A DNA stretch of 64,000 nucleotides from Octopus sinensis (GCF_006345805.1 NC_043013.1:6262001-6326000), one strand, 5' to 3'; shown: positions 1-16,442, counted from the stretch's first letter. Notes: generated by a model not told the origin, from the sequence alone. Program-made: numbers and translations.

Positions 1-322
1 TTGAAACTACATAATTTAAAACCAAAATTAAAAATTCCGCAAGAACTTCCTTGACAACACCTACTACAACATCATACACCACAGAGTAAAATTAAATAGA
101 AAAACATTAGTAAATAATATATATATAGTATACAGAATTCCTAATAAAAACAAAGACGGAACTCTTATAAGACTTAATTGTTCGATAAATAACATTTGAT
201 GAAAGAAGTATCAGACGGAGGGAGATATAATTAAGACTGGTGTTTCTCATACGGAAAGGCTCGGTTCCTCGTTGCGTGTAGGGCTCCAATGACGATCGAA
301 ATGTAAGTAAACTAATTACCAG

Positions 323-489
323 GCGCAGGAGTGGCTGTGTGGTAAGTAGCTTGTTTACCAACCACATGGTTCCGGGTTCAGTCCCACTGCGCGGCACCTT
401 GGGCAAGTGTCTTCTACTATAGCCTCGGGCCGACCAATGCCTTGTGAGTGGATTTGGTAGACGGAAACTGAAAAGAAGCCCGTCGTATA

Positions 490-553
<64 letters not shown>

Positions 554-793
554 TATATATATGCGTGTGTGTGTTTGTGTGTCTGTGTTTGTTCCCCCAA
601 CATCGATTGACAACCGATGCTGGTGTGTTTATGTCCCCGTTACTTAGCGGTTCGGCAAAAGAGACCGATAGAATAAGTACTGGGCTTACAAAGAATAAGT
701 CCCGGGGTCGAGTTGCTCGACTAAAGGCAGTGCTCCAGCATGGCCGCAGTCAAATGACTGAAACAAGTAAAAGAGTAAAAGAGAGTAAAGAGT
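323..793 (+). mobile_element. SINE-A: tRNA-derived SINE with CORE-like segment, internal (TA)n/(TG)n and 3' body
   Basis: A/B-box-like head (TGGCTGTGTGG, GGTTCAGTCCC), ACCTTGGGCAAGT core, GAGTAAAA tail; many related copies in window. Confidence 0.85.
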
Positions 794-1182
794 ATGTTTA
801 ATGAAGATGGTTTTTAAACATTTTAATCTTATTCAGCACCTCACCAAGAACGAGGAATTAAAGGGATGTAAAATTTTATTTCATCTTATTTTCTTATTTA
901 CAAATGAGGCGACGACAACCTAAATTCACTATTTGCTGGGGGGGGGGGAGGCTGCCTTTTGTGAATTACAGGACCACTAGTGATATAGATTAAAAGATCA
1001 GTGAAAGAGGAGCCGGACGTAGTCCAGTGCATGAAACCAGTCAAAGAAATAATTGACCAGCTCAATCAATATCATAAGAAAAAGGACTGAATATTATTCG
1101 ATTTCTCGATGGAAAGAAAACATAGGAAGCATCAATAGATTATAAACAGTAGGCCGTATTTATTAGATATATTATTATCATC

Positions 1183-1196
1183 ATCATCAACATTAT

Positions 1197-1250
<54 letters not shown>

Positions 1251-1292
1251 GTCGTCGTCATCATCGTCATCATCATCACCATCATCATCATT

Positions 1293-1342
<50 letters not shown>

Positions 1343-1404
1343 TATCGTCATCGTCATCGTCATCATCATCATCATCATCATCAACATCATCATCATCATC
1401 ATCG

Positions 1405-1448
<44 letters not shown>

Positions 1449-1458
1449 GTCATCATCG

Positions 1459-1514
<56 letters not shown>

Positions 1515-1519
1515 GTCAA
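1183..1519. repeat. (CAT)n microsatellite
   Basis: Direct reading. Confidence 0.98.
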
Positions 1520-2189
1520 TACTATGTGTTATTTGTTGTTATAAACACGACCAAAATCCTTAGCGCTGTTCGTGTCTGTCACACAGACGAAATAATAATC
1601 AGTTATGAACGAGACTTTCTCTTTCGTTTAAAATATGACAAAAGGTTTATATGCTTACGTCTATACATATATGTATATATATATATTCAGACACATATAA
1701 ATATATGTACACATACATACGTATACATGCATACATATACACATACATACATATATATTTTTTTACGCATACAAAGACGCAAACACACAAACACACACAC
1801 ATAAATTCATAAATATATGATCTTAGCTCAATGATATACGCATTGCGTCTCGTCTTTTTGGCGAGTGTTTCGTATGGCCACGTACGGCGTTATGTGTATC
1901 CAAGTGTGGTTTTGTGTAAGTCATATCATCCAGTTTATTATGGATATCTTTCAACATATGTATGCACAACTATCCATTGTTAACACCGTTGGCCGACTTT
2001 ATTGTGCGTCGAGATACCCTAAAATTACTGTCAGCTTTTATAAAAAATCATTTTCATAAATCTGTGTGTGTGTATGTGTGTGTGATTATTTAGTTTCATT
2101 TCAAGATTTCTTGCCAATAGAGAAAGAGCCGGTTTCTAATCTAGACCCAAGGCTCCTTCATTAGAATTTCAACATCAACAGGGTATTTT

Positions 2190-2221
<32 letters not shown>

Positions 2222-2266
2222 TGTATGTATGTATGTATGTATGTATGTATGTACTGCATCAGGGCA

Positions 2267-2297
<31 letters not shown>

Positions 2298-2319
2298 ATT
2301 ATTATTATTAGTATTATTG

Positions 2320-2435
2320 GTCTTTCATCCTTTCGGGGTCAATAAAATAAGTACCAGTTACGCACGGTGGTCGACGTAATCGACTATCGCTCTCCTACAA
2401 AAATTTCAGGCCTTGTGCCTATAGTAGAAAGGATC
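2320..2435 (+). mobile_element. SINE-B variant, 3' fragment with (ATC/ATT)n tail
   Basis: ctttcatcctttcggggtc...gtagaaagg shared with other SINE-B copies. Confidence 0.75.
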
Positions 2436-2512
2436 ATCATGATCATGATCATCATCATCATCATCATCATCATCCTGATCATGATCATGATCATTATTAT
2501 TATTATTATTAC

Positions 2513-2582
<70 letters not shown>

Positions 2583-2585
2583 GTC

Positions 2586-2976
2586 ATTGTCTTTGCACAG
2601 CTTCTAACGCTGGAGATGTGCTACGGTGCTAGCTGTTCACTACCAGTGAACTAAAAGTAACACCCCTTATTTTTCGAGCACCATCGAGAGTATTCGAGCG
2701 GTTCCAAGTAGTGTTCTTTTTCTGCAAGAGCTCCCTCCACCTTTATTGCAGCCCCTATTTGTTTCATGTACTTCTCAAGATTTTTACTCACTCTTCCCAG
2801 GGCTCCGACAATTATTGGTATTACTACCAACTACAACTGCTTAATCTCCCAAGCTAACCTGTCATATCTATCGACTTTTCTTTCTTCCTTATCGTATACC
2901 TTGTTGTCAGCTGGACACGATATATCTATGATCCAGCATCGTTTGCTTTCTTTCTCAAAATCTCCATTTCTTTCTC

Positions 2977-2985
<9 letters not shown>
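2586..2985 (-). mobile_element. R4/Dong-type RLE non-LTR retrotransposon, 3' fragment between (AAT)n tracts
   Basis: Minus translation CWIIDISCPADNKV..K..RYDRLAWEIKQL..IPIIVGALG matches an RLE C-terminus. Confidence 0.85.
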
Positions 2986-3040
<55 letters not shown>

Positions 3041-3439
3041 TCTTTTTTTTTCTTTTTTTTCAGACTTTGTATCATCATGTTCGAAACAACATATAACAAC
3101 AGCAACAATAACTACAACAGCAAACAAAATAAACAATATAAACAATGGTCTTAAATTTTCAGATAACCATGATATTTCTAAAATATAAAAAAAAACCATG
3201 AATTTTGAAAAAAAAAACCCAACATAGAAGATAAATAAATATAAATAAAATGAATAAAGCAAGCAAAACGAATATAGAAATTATTTTTCATTATCGACCA
3301 AAAAAAAAAAGAAAAGAAAAAAGAATGAAAAAAGAAAAAGAAAATTATTCGACTCGAAATTCGGTCCAGACTGGTATGGAATGAAATGGAATGGTTACCG
3401 AAGATGGTCCTGTACCAAAACTGAGGGACCATCCGAAAT

Positions 3440-3509
3440 GAAAGACGCCAATGATAACGATGATGTTCACGATGATGATGATGATGATAATGAGGATGAT
3501 TTTGATGAC

Positions 3510-3540
<31 letters not shown>

Positions 3541-4041
3541 ATGATGATAACGATGCTGACGACGATAACGATGACGACGACGACGATGATGATGATGATG
3601 ATGATGAAATCATTGGCGACGAGTTAATGATGTATAATGAATGGTTAGGAAATCACTGGTGCTGGTGACGACGCAAATAACGATAACAACAACAATAATA
3701 GCCATCGTCAGCGTCAGCGTCGCTGCCGTCGTCATCATCATCATCATCATCGCCATCATAGCCGTCACCATTAAGAGGAAATGGAGGAAGAGGAAGAAGC
3801 TAATTAAAGTGATAAAAATTATTATTGTTATTACAATTGAAATAATTATGGCGGTGTCGCAATTAATTTGTTCTCCCTATCTAATGAGCTTAATCAGACA
3901 CTGATAAATTATATACATACATACATACATACATACATACATACATACATACATACATACATACATACATACATACATACATGCATATATTTATATATAT
4001 ATGTCCCCTGATTATAATTACGTTTATAATTATAGAATACT

Positions 4042-4090
<49 letters not shown>
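3440..4090. repeat. (GAT/GAC)n, (CAT)n, (ATAC)n and (TA)n microsatellite cluster
   Basis: Direct reading. Confidence 0.95.
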
Positions 4091-4092
<2 letters not shown>

Positions 4093-4298
4093 AGGGTAAA
4101 TAATTATTAATTTAAAAATCAACAATTATTTCCGGGTAGATTTCGGTATGGAAATATAACCATTATCGGTAGGAACTCTTTTTAAAAAGTTATATATATA
4201 TTATATATATATATACATACATACATGCATATGTATGTATATATGTTATATGTATATACACTCATATGTATCTGTATCTATCTATCTATCTATCTATC

Positions 4299-4330
<32 letters not shown>

Positions 4331-4641
4331 GGTAGGTATATTGCTCGTTTAATGAATTCGGAACATCTAGTTAAGATCTATAATAAATGTAAGTTTTCTT
4401 GCCTTATGCTTCTTCCATAGACTCCTCATGTCTGACGCATTATTTCTTTCACTGTGTGTTTGTTAAGCAAAATAAAATTGCTTCAAAGCCGAAATATCCT
4501 CTTCAATTATTTTTTTCTTTGTGTGCACCTTGAAGTATTGCCACCATTTTAATGTTTTCTTAGGTCATGCAGTGTGTAACAAGTGCACATATACGCGCGC
4601 ACGTACACCGTACTCCTGCTATGAGACTCACCGGTTTAGAA

Positions 4642-4960
4642 TAGAGGTTCTCAGACTTTTGGGACCACCGTCTCCCTCATGAGCACATAATACCCTCAGC
4701 AGCCCCACCGCTTTTTTTATGTTTAAATATTTTATATTTTACTAATTTATATATACTATGAATCATTTGATATTTAATATATTATATAATTTGTATACAA
4801 TACTATAATAATATTATAATAAATTCATAGCGTCCCCCAATTTACTGCCTTCCTCCCAACGCCTCCTTTATCTCTACTCCCCCTACAACCGCACACCAGC
4901 ACCCACCTGGACCGTCTCGACGCCCATCAGGGGGCGGTAGTGCCCACTTTGAGAATTGCA
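4642..4960. mobile_element. Degenerate hAT-like MITE
   Basis: Ends tagaggttctcaga... / ...tttgagaattgc resemble CAGTGGTTCTCAAA TIRs; no TSD seen. Confidence 0.4.
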
Positions 4961-5994
4961 AGTTAGCTATTGTTAACGTTTAGAATTACAAGGTAACTAT
5001 TGTTAACCCTTGGTCATTGTTGACCGAGTAGGTCAAAGGCGTTCCAATTGTGACAATAATTTCATTAAGTTCAGAGTTAGTGTATCTAGGATTACATTAT
5101 TCAATAGATGCTTCATTTATTCTTTCATATATTTTCTTGATTGTTGGTTGTGATTTATGGAAGATTTTTGGTGTTATTTCTAGCACCTCAAGCTACCATA
5201 TTGAGCAACAGTTTTTAACTTTGTTTTATTACTTTTAATTTCGTAAATCATACTGGCATAAAAATCAACGTCATCTCCTTTCCTTGTGTAACAATTGCTG
5301 CGAACCGATCAAAACCATACTAAGCTGATAATGTCCAATAAAATCGAAACATGTTCATAGTTTTCCCCCTTGCTCGAAAACAAAGATCAAATAAGTAAAT
5401 TGATTTAGTCGAATTAATTTTTAATTTTTAGAAGTTATCGGTTTGTTTTGAGAGTCTCAACAATTATCGCTAAGTAATTCCTCTAATTAAAATCAGTTGA
5501 GATTTTTTCGCTTACACTGTCAGAATGTCATGTGTAACATCATCAATATGTCATCAGTGAATCTTTGAAAAAAGAAAAACAAAAGAACAGGAAGACATTG
5601 AGAAAGTGGGGGTTTTTTTTAATATACTGTGCTTGAAATATTAGATGTAGCAGCTAAATATCCCCTATATCATTCACTACTGTCTTTAAAATAAAGGACA
5701 CATAAGATATATTAGGCCTAAAAGGCTAGAATGTTTTTGATCATAGATTTTACTCGATCAGAATTGATTGGATTTGAGGTAACGATAGTAGCAGCAACAA
5801 TAACAACAACAGTCATAACAGCAATAACAATAACGGTCACAACAATAGCAGCAGCAGCAGCAACAACAACAACAACAACTGTAACAGTTTCACAGAAGTG
5901 GGAATAACTTAATATAGTTGGAAGAGTTCGAGAAGTTAGAGACATCAGATGACCATTCTTTTGAGATTGCTGTAGAACTCCAGGGCAAGAGAAA

Positions 5995-7460
5995 TTTATG
6001 TCGCTAACGTTCTGCTTAAAAGACAAGCTGAAGGCAATGAATGAATAGAGGACAGAAATTCCAGAGAGCCTTATCGTAAAGTACGGTAGTTAGCGCAGAG
6101 CCTGGTGGGGGTGGACATAAAATATGGGTGATGAAAGAAGGTGAGACGAGTGTGAAGTTTCGTGACCAGCAAGCTCCGAAGAGCAAATGCCATTGTAGTA
6201 GTAGTGGAAGAAAGAAAAACAAAAAAAAAGCATAAAGATGAAAGTACATGTTGGCAGTGATTTCGTGGCAATCACTTAAGTGGCCTTTTTCCCCTGTATG
6301 CAGTCAAGGATATCTGTGTGTGCAACTGCTGCATCCGGGACGATGCAGCAGTTGGTCCCCTCTGAGTTTTGTTGAGAGTCAGTTGTTGGTGGGGTGAGGT
6401 ATTCTCTGGCTCCGAAGAGATCTAGTTTCCGATACGTTCAGCCAGCAGAGGCCTTCAAAAGAGCTCCTCAAGAGAAACTCTTGACGCCAGTAAGACATAA
6501 CATTTGAAGCATTTGCGAGGACCCTAGTTGAGTACTAATGGTGTTTAAAGAAGGGTATTCGCGACAAGGGCAGAAATTGTGAAGGGTTTTTAGCTGTTGA
6601 ATGAGACAATGTTGACATGAATCAACTGGCAGATGTTTTCGAGGTCACTGTTCATGGAGTCAATATAAATATAATAAGGCGGCGAGCTGGCAGAATCGGT
6701 AACACGCCGGGCGAAACGCTTAGCGGTATTTCATCTGCCATTAACGTTCTAAGTTCAAATTCCGCCGAGGTCGACTTTGTCTTTCATCCTTTCGGGGTCG
6801 ATTAAATAAGTACCAGTTACGCACTGGGGCCGATATAATCGACTTAATCCATGTGTCTGTCCTTGTTTGTCCCCTCTATGTTTAACCCCTTGTGGGCAGT
6901 AAAGAAATAAATATAAATTTGGTGTGAGGTGTCTAGGTGGAATCTATATAATATTTGTGTGTGGAAGGGTTGAGAAGAATGAAGTGTGGTATAATCTACG
7001 TAAGAGGAGGTGCTGTTTAAAATGACGAGTAAGACGTTGATGGATGTATCTGAAGAAAAGTGGGAGAAACAAAACTGAATCTTGGGGCCCACCAAAGTCG
7101 ACAAAGTCTGAGTCAAATAGAGCTCCGTCAACGCAGGCCTTGATAATTCAATGTTACCAGAAGGCACCAATCCAAAAGACAATGAATGGGTATAACCCAT
7201 AGGTGAGTAACTTTGAGATTCACGTACCAGATACCAGATGGGGGCAGCGACATTGCTTCCTCCGAATTCCTCGAGGGTGAGAACCCACTGGTAAGATAAA
7301 CTGAAAATCCTATGCTTATTGGCTCAAATCCACTCCGGTCCGGTTCAACAAATATGATGAATTATATGCACTTTAGTGACCATATTAATGACCAATTATA
7401 TGCACTTTACTGATTAACAAGTCCCTCATACCATACCTCTCCGGCCAGCTATACTTTTGA
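5995..7460 (-). mobile_element. Degenerate, internally deleted CR1-group (L2/Crack-like) LINE, interrupted by SINE-B
   Basis: Minus-strand fragments ILDCIQ.KAT.VI, HYYYNGICSSELA, HTRLT..HPY, LWN match the C-terminus of this group; putative ORF start near 7200. Confidence 0.55.
6677..6912 (+). mobile_element. SINE-B (aaggcggcgagctggcagaa...aaagaaata)
   Basis: A-box-like TGGCAGAATCGG, B-box-like GTTCAAATTCC; multi-copy in window. Confidence 0.9.
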
Positions 7461-7499
7461 CCTGCCGCATATTCAACCACCTAAAATACATATATGAAT

Positions 7500-7708
<209 letters not shown>

Positions 7709-8263
7709 TGCCCTGATGCAGTACCAGGCAGTGGCTCTCATGGCTTCTGATCTTAACTGATTGGAAGTGTTATCATGTACAGTGTTTTGTCTTGGTATAA
7801 AAGATGGGCTACAGCAAATATTCTGCTCAATACCACAGATTTGCTTGTCAGTTGTTTGACCTTAACCAGTTGAGCATGTCCCTTAGTGGCTGACGATATG
7901 TGCATCTCTGATCACGAGCAGAAGTAGTGGGGGAGCATCATAGCCATGTGTTGAGAGGGATTCTTTGGGGTTTGAATAGTTCACCTCTGGAAACATGGGT
8001 GGTTCTTTCAACATCCTTAAACAACCCTTATTCAGGGACCGTTTGAGCGGGATGGGCTACTCGACCTGAAGAAAATTCTAACTGGGCCCCACCTGCAAGG
8101 TCATGTGCTGTTTATCTTGATATGAGATCACCATGTCGCGCACATATGGTTGTGATGCATGTGCCTGGTGTACATTTATCAGACGGGTAGTCATGATGGG
8201 TATATTGGGCTTCGTATATTTTACCCCAGTGTCACTTTGATGGCATGAACTGCTCTCTCACTC
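7709..8263 (+). mobile_element. E560: ~555-bp non-coding element with fixed 5' end TGCCCTGATGCAGTA and (AAT)n tail, copy 1
   Basis: Five co-terminal copies in window (7709, 8282, 47400-, 49473, 62451). Confidence 0.9.
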
Positions 8264-8281
8264 AATAATAATAATAATAAT

Positions 8282-8837
8282 TGCCCTGATGCAGTATCAG
8301 GCAGTGGCTCTCGTGGCTTCTGATCTTAACTGATTGGAAGTGTTATCATGTACATTGTTTTGTCTTGGTATAAAAGATGGGCTACATTAAATATTCTGCT
8401 CAATACCACAGATTTGCTTATCAGTTGCTTGACTTTAACCAGTTGAGCAAGTCCCTTAGTGGCTGACGATATGTGCATCTCTGATCACGAACAGAAGTAG
8501 TGGGGGAGCATCATAGCCATGTGTTGAGAGGGATTCTTTGGGGTTTGAATTATTCATCCCTGGGAACATGGGTGTTTCGTTCAACATCTGTAAACAACCT
8601 TTATTCAGGGACCTTTTGAGCGGATGAGCTACTTGGCCTGAAGAAAATTCTAACTGGGCCCCACCTGCAAGGTCATGCGCTGTTTATCTTGATATGAGAT
8701 TACCATGTCGCACACACATATGGTTGTGATGCATGTGCCTAGTGTACCCTTATCAGACGGGTAGTCATGATGGGTATACTGGGCTTCGTATATTTTACTC
8801 CAGTGTCACTTTGATAGCATGCACTGCTCTCTCACTC
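8282..8837 (+). mobile_element. E560 copy 2 (tandem, separated by (AAT)n)
   Basis: Closely similar to copy 1 by eye, same ends. Confidence 0.9.
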
Positions 8838-8869
8838 AATAATAATAATACTAATAATAATAATAAAAT

Positions 8870-12385
<3,516 letters not shown>

Positions 12386-12399
12386 TGATTTTTAAAATA

Positions 12400-13900
12400 C
12401 ATATTCAACCTGTGAATCTGCGTGTGCAATCTGGGAACGCCACGGAAAACGGGACTGTGAGAATGGCCGCCAATAATTGGTCGACCCTATCGAAGGCTTT
12501 AGATTGGTCCAAATTGATCAGGGCCCCATCCATGCCAGCTTCTTTACTCGCCCTGTCTATAATGTATCGCATGAAGTGGAAGCTGTAGTGAATGATTCTG
12601 CTTGGAATGGCGCATATTTGAACATCACTAACTTCTTTGCAAACACCTTGACCAAAATTTTAAAGTCTGCGTCCAGCAGCGTTATGGGCCTGACATTTTC
12701 TATATGATCCCCTTTGTTTGGGTCCTTTCTCAACAGTTCCACTGCTCCTCGACTCACAGAACTAAGAATTCTTCCGTTCTGCTGCCATTTGCGGTAGATA
12801 TCTGCTAAAAGCCGCCAAACATGTCTAACATATAAAAAAAGCTCGTAGGACGGACCATTTTGAGGAGGTTTTTGATGTTTTGTGGGAGCAGCCGTTGTTG
12901 TTGTTTGGGAAGTTTCTGATGATGTTGCTGTTGTTGTTGTTGGCGGCGGCGGCGGTGGTGGTGGTGGTGGTGACGCTGCAGATACTTCAGTAATTGTTGT
13001 TTTCGCAGCGGTTAGTTTCGGTCCTGTTGTTGGTAATGTTGTGGCCACCTCCTTCTGTTGGTGTGTTTCTCTTGTTACTGTTGTTGTTGTGCTGGTGATG
13101 ATGGTGTCAGCAGGAATGTTGGTTTCCTTTATTGTGAGTAAAAGGGTTTGAAGTGATTTGTGTTCTCGCACACCTTCTGTCCTCAACAGCCACGTGAAGT
13201 TTTGTGCTTTCAGGTAGGTAGGGTTATAACACCCGGGATGACCTCGACACTGCTGATCCACCTGTATTAACAGCTGCATAACCTCACTTAACCAGTTCTG
13301 CTTCTGTAGTATTTGTATCTACAGAATACTGGTTTTCTCTTTTATGTCGAAGCGAACCGCTTCCACCAACAAGCAGATGTTGATTTCTGGTGATATATTT
13401 ATCATCATTATTTTAAATACCCTTCGGTCAACGTAAATGGGGATGAGGATGAGATCGTTACTCGTTCGGGTGGCTGTTGAGTGATTTTTAACCTCTGCCT
13501 CTGAAGCGAACCTTACATTGACAGTTCCATACTTTTCCAAAGTGGTCGCAGACATTCTCCTATCTGCCGGTGCGTTTGCCTGCTCTAATCTCCTAATTTT
13601 TGTTCCAGTTGTTTTACATAGAACTATCCGGATGTTAGCTTCTTGCCGGACTGATCTAGAGACAGTCAATGACACATTACGCCTACATTTCTCGAACATA
13701 CATTTTGCACTTTTATATTCATTTTCATTTACAAAAATTTCTATATAGTTATTGACAGCATTGCGTCGGCGAAATCGCTGACAGCAGATTTGCATGGTCC
13801 CTTTTCCTTGTTCTTGCTCCTTTTTTCGTAAATGATATTGGCTGTGATGGTGAGTTAGCTATTGCCACCGGTAGTAGTGTACTCGTTAGTATTGTTGATG
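12400..13900 (-). mobile_element. Tx1/L1-clade non-LTR retroelement relic (ORF1 remnant + RT N-terminal part)
   Basis: GPSYELF...RGAVELLRKDPNKGD..ENVRPITLLDADFKILVKV and LMRYIIDR...ALINLDQSKAFDRVD; ORF1-like peptides at 13319-13795. Confidence 0.8.
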
Positions 13901-13963
13901 CTTTTCGTGAGTCATTGACCGCTTTTGTTGTTCCTGTGGTGGTGATGGTAGTACTGAAAGCAA

Positions 13964-14379
13964 AGGCGGCGAGGTGGCAGAATCGTTAGCACGCCGGGCG
14001 AAATGTTTAGCGGTATTTCGTCTGCCGTTACGTTCTGAGTTCAAATTCCGCCGAGGTCGACTTTGCCTTTCACCCTTTCGGGGTCGATAAATTAAGTACC
14101 AGTTACGCACTGGAGTCGATGTAATCGACTTAATACCTATGTCTGTCCTTGTTTGTCCCCTCTGTGTTTAGCCCCTTGTGGGTAGTAAAGAAATAGGTAT
14201 TTCGTCTGCCGTTACGTTCTGAGTTCAAATTCCGCCGAGGTCGACTTTGCCTTTCATCCTTTCGGGGACGATAAATTAAGTACCAGTTACGCACTGGAGT
14301 CGATGTAATCGACTTAATACCTATGTCTGTCCTTGTTTGTCCCCTCTATGTTTAGCCCCTGGTGGGTAGTAAAGAAATA
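13964..14379 (+). mobile_element. SINE-B tandem dimer (full + 5'-truncated copy) in one 17-bp TSD
   Basis: GGTAGTACTGAAAGCAA at 13947-13963 and 14380-14396; junction at 14195/14196. Confidence 0.92.
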
Positions 14380-14835
14380 GGTAGTACTGAAAGCAACGGT
14401 TAGTTACTTTCATACATTTCACGATTTGTATTGTTGTTGTTGTTGTTGTTACTGCTGCTGGTGCTGTCATTGAGTTTTTCAATTTGGCTGTTCTGCTGTG
14501 CAAATGACTAGCTGCTCTTTTCAGGGGAGGAACAATCCTCGTCCGCCATCTTTCTTTTTAAAACAAAAATTGAGGGGAGTCTTAGGTTAAACAAACCCCA
14601 ATTTAGCGCCGAAGAGCTACAAAAGGGGAAAAACTGAGTCTCTAAGGTCCTGATTAATTTACCTATATAACGATAACAAATGTACGATGTATAACTTTGT
14701 GTTACAATATAAATAAGAAGCTTACGGGAGAGATGTGCAATACACGCCATTAAGCATTTCACCCGGCGCGCTAACGATTCTGCCAGCTCGCCGCCTTAAT
14801 AATAATAACAACAATAGCAATAAGAAACAACAACA

Positions 14836-15020
14836 GTGGAGGCGCAATGGCCCAGTGGTTAGGGCAGCGGACTCGCGGTCGTAAGAACGCGGTTTCGATT
14901 CCCAGACCGGGCATTGTGAGTGTTTATTGAGCAAAAACACCTAAGCTCCGCGAAACTCCTGCGGTCGGGGTGTGAACCCCGCTGTACTCTTTCACCACAA
15001 CTTTCTCTCACTCTTTCTTC
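14836..15020 (+). mobile_element. SINE-C, tRNA-derived head (TGGCCCAGTGG / GGTTTCGATTCC)
   Basis: Related copies at 32016 and 53252. Confidence 0.85.
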
Positions 15021-15734
15021 CTACTTTTGCCACAAAGCAGAGAAACCATGGTATAACCCACTATGGTGTGGTAAACTTTCAGACTCTAGTCTAGATTGCG
15101 AATCCTCTATACCCCAGGATGGTTCAGCTCTTCACCCGTTAAAAGCCACCGTTTACGGAATGAGGATAACAACGTAGCTTTCGCGTCCGTGCAACTGCCA
15201 GTCTATCGCGTGTGCTGGGTGGGTCTACAAGTTGCCACACGCATTCTTAGTAGCTTAGAGTAGGCTCGAATTAGAGATTATTCTTTGTGGATAATGGCGT
15301 GAGTCCTGATTAGAAGAAGAAGAAGAAGACGACAACAATAATAATTATTGTATGCGAATTAAACTTCACGCTAAACTCCTGATAAATAGCATTATTAAAG
15401 CACACAGAAACAGCTCTAACTTATACAGCACCATAAATACCTAGGCTATGGATGTAACTGCCCAACTAAAGATAGAAAGCTGCGTGCACCGCTTCACCGG
15501 ACACACTTTTTATATTCATGTCAAGAAACAGAAAGTTAATTCCCTCCCCAGTTTTAAATATAGTTTAATCAACCTCTTTTGAGCGAATTGGGTATCGAAT
15601 TCTTATCGCTACTAACCTCAAAATTAAAAATACTACAAGATTAAAACAATGGGAACTTTAGCACCAGATGGCTTCCTGACATGAAAAACAAATCATTCTG
15701 CAGACTTTTCCGATTCAATATTTTAAAAAATCTT

Positions 15735-16398
15735 TTTACTTGTTTCAGTCATTTGACTGCGGCCACGCTGGGGCATCGCTTTGAAAATGTTTTAGCCGAA
15801 TGAATCGATCCCAGTACTTTTTAAAGCCTGGTGCTTATTCTATCGGTCTCTTTTGCCGAAGCGCTAGGTTACGGGGACGTAAACACGCTAACACCGTTAG
15901 TGGCAGGGGAGACAAACACAGGCACATAGACGCACACACATACATACATGTATGTGTGTGTGTGTGTATAAATTATAATAAGGGTGCTGAATGATTTCAA
16001 CACCAGTCCAATAGAAATAGACCCCCAGATGGTTCATGGACGGTTCATGGACCATCTGGGGTCTATTTCTAGCAGACAGGTGTTGTAATTATTCAACACC
16101 CTTATTATAATTTTAATATAAATTAACCATTATGGTATTTTTAGTATGCTGGCCACTGATAAATCATTAAATAATAATGATTTTATCCTAATTATGCATA
16201 TATGTATGTACGTAATGTGACCTCGTGTGTACCGTTGGCGATTTTTTTCCTCTGTCTTCCCTTCTCCTATGTTCCCGACGAAGAGCTCCGCTCGAAACGT
16301 TAAACCCTCCTTCTTTCCTGAGCGTCCAATAATACTATATTTGTTCCACGTCCTCGCGTTGTTGTGTTTTTTTTTGTGCTTTCTTGTTTGGATTAACT

Positions 16399-16442
<44 letters not shown>

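Noticed and set aside
985-1050. GAAACCAGTC hammerhead-like 3' half
   Set aside because: No matching CUGANGA core or stem I upstream.
1193-1519. Poly-Met ORF and similar poly-Ile, poly-Asn and Tyr-Ile ORFs (e.g. 7481-7741, 30508-30864)
   Set aside because: Translations of microsatellites.
3397-3442. Hammerhead-like CCGAAGA-TGGTCC...GGACCA-TCC-GAAAT
   Set aside because: Core altered on both strands and no convincing stem I or III.
7885-7935. CTGACGA inside E560 as a ribozyme core
   Set aside because: No GAAA partner or supporting stems.
14836-14915. tRNA genes at SINE heads (also 49280-49430, 53252)
   Set aside because: A/B boxes are present but acceptor and anticodon stems are incomplete, and the heads run into repeat bodies.
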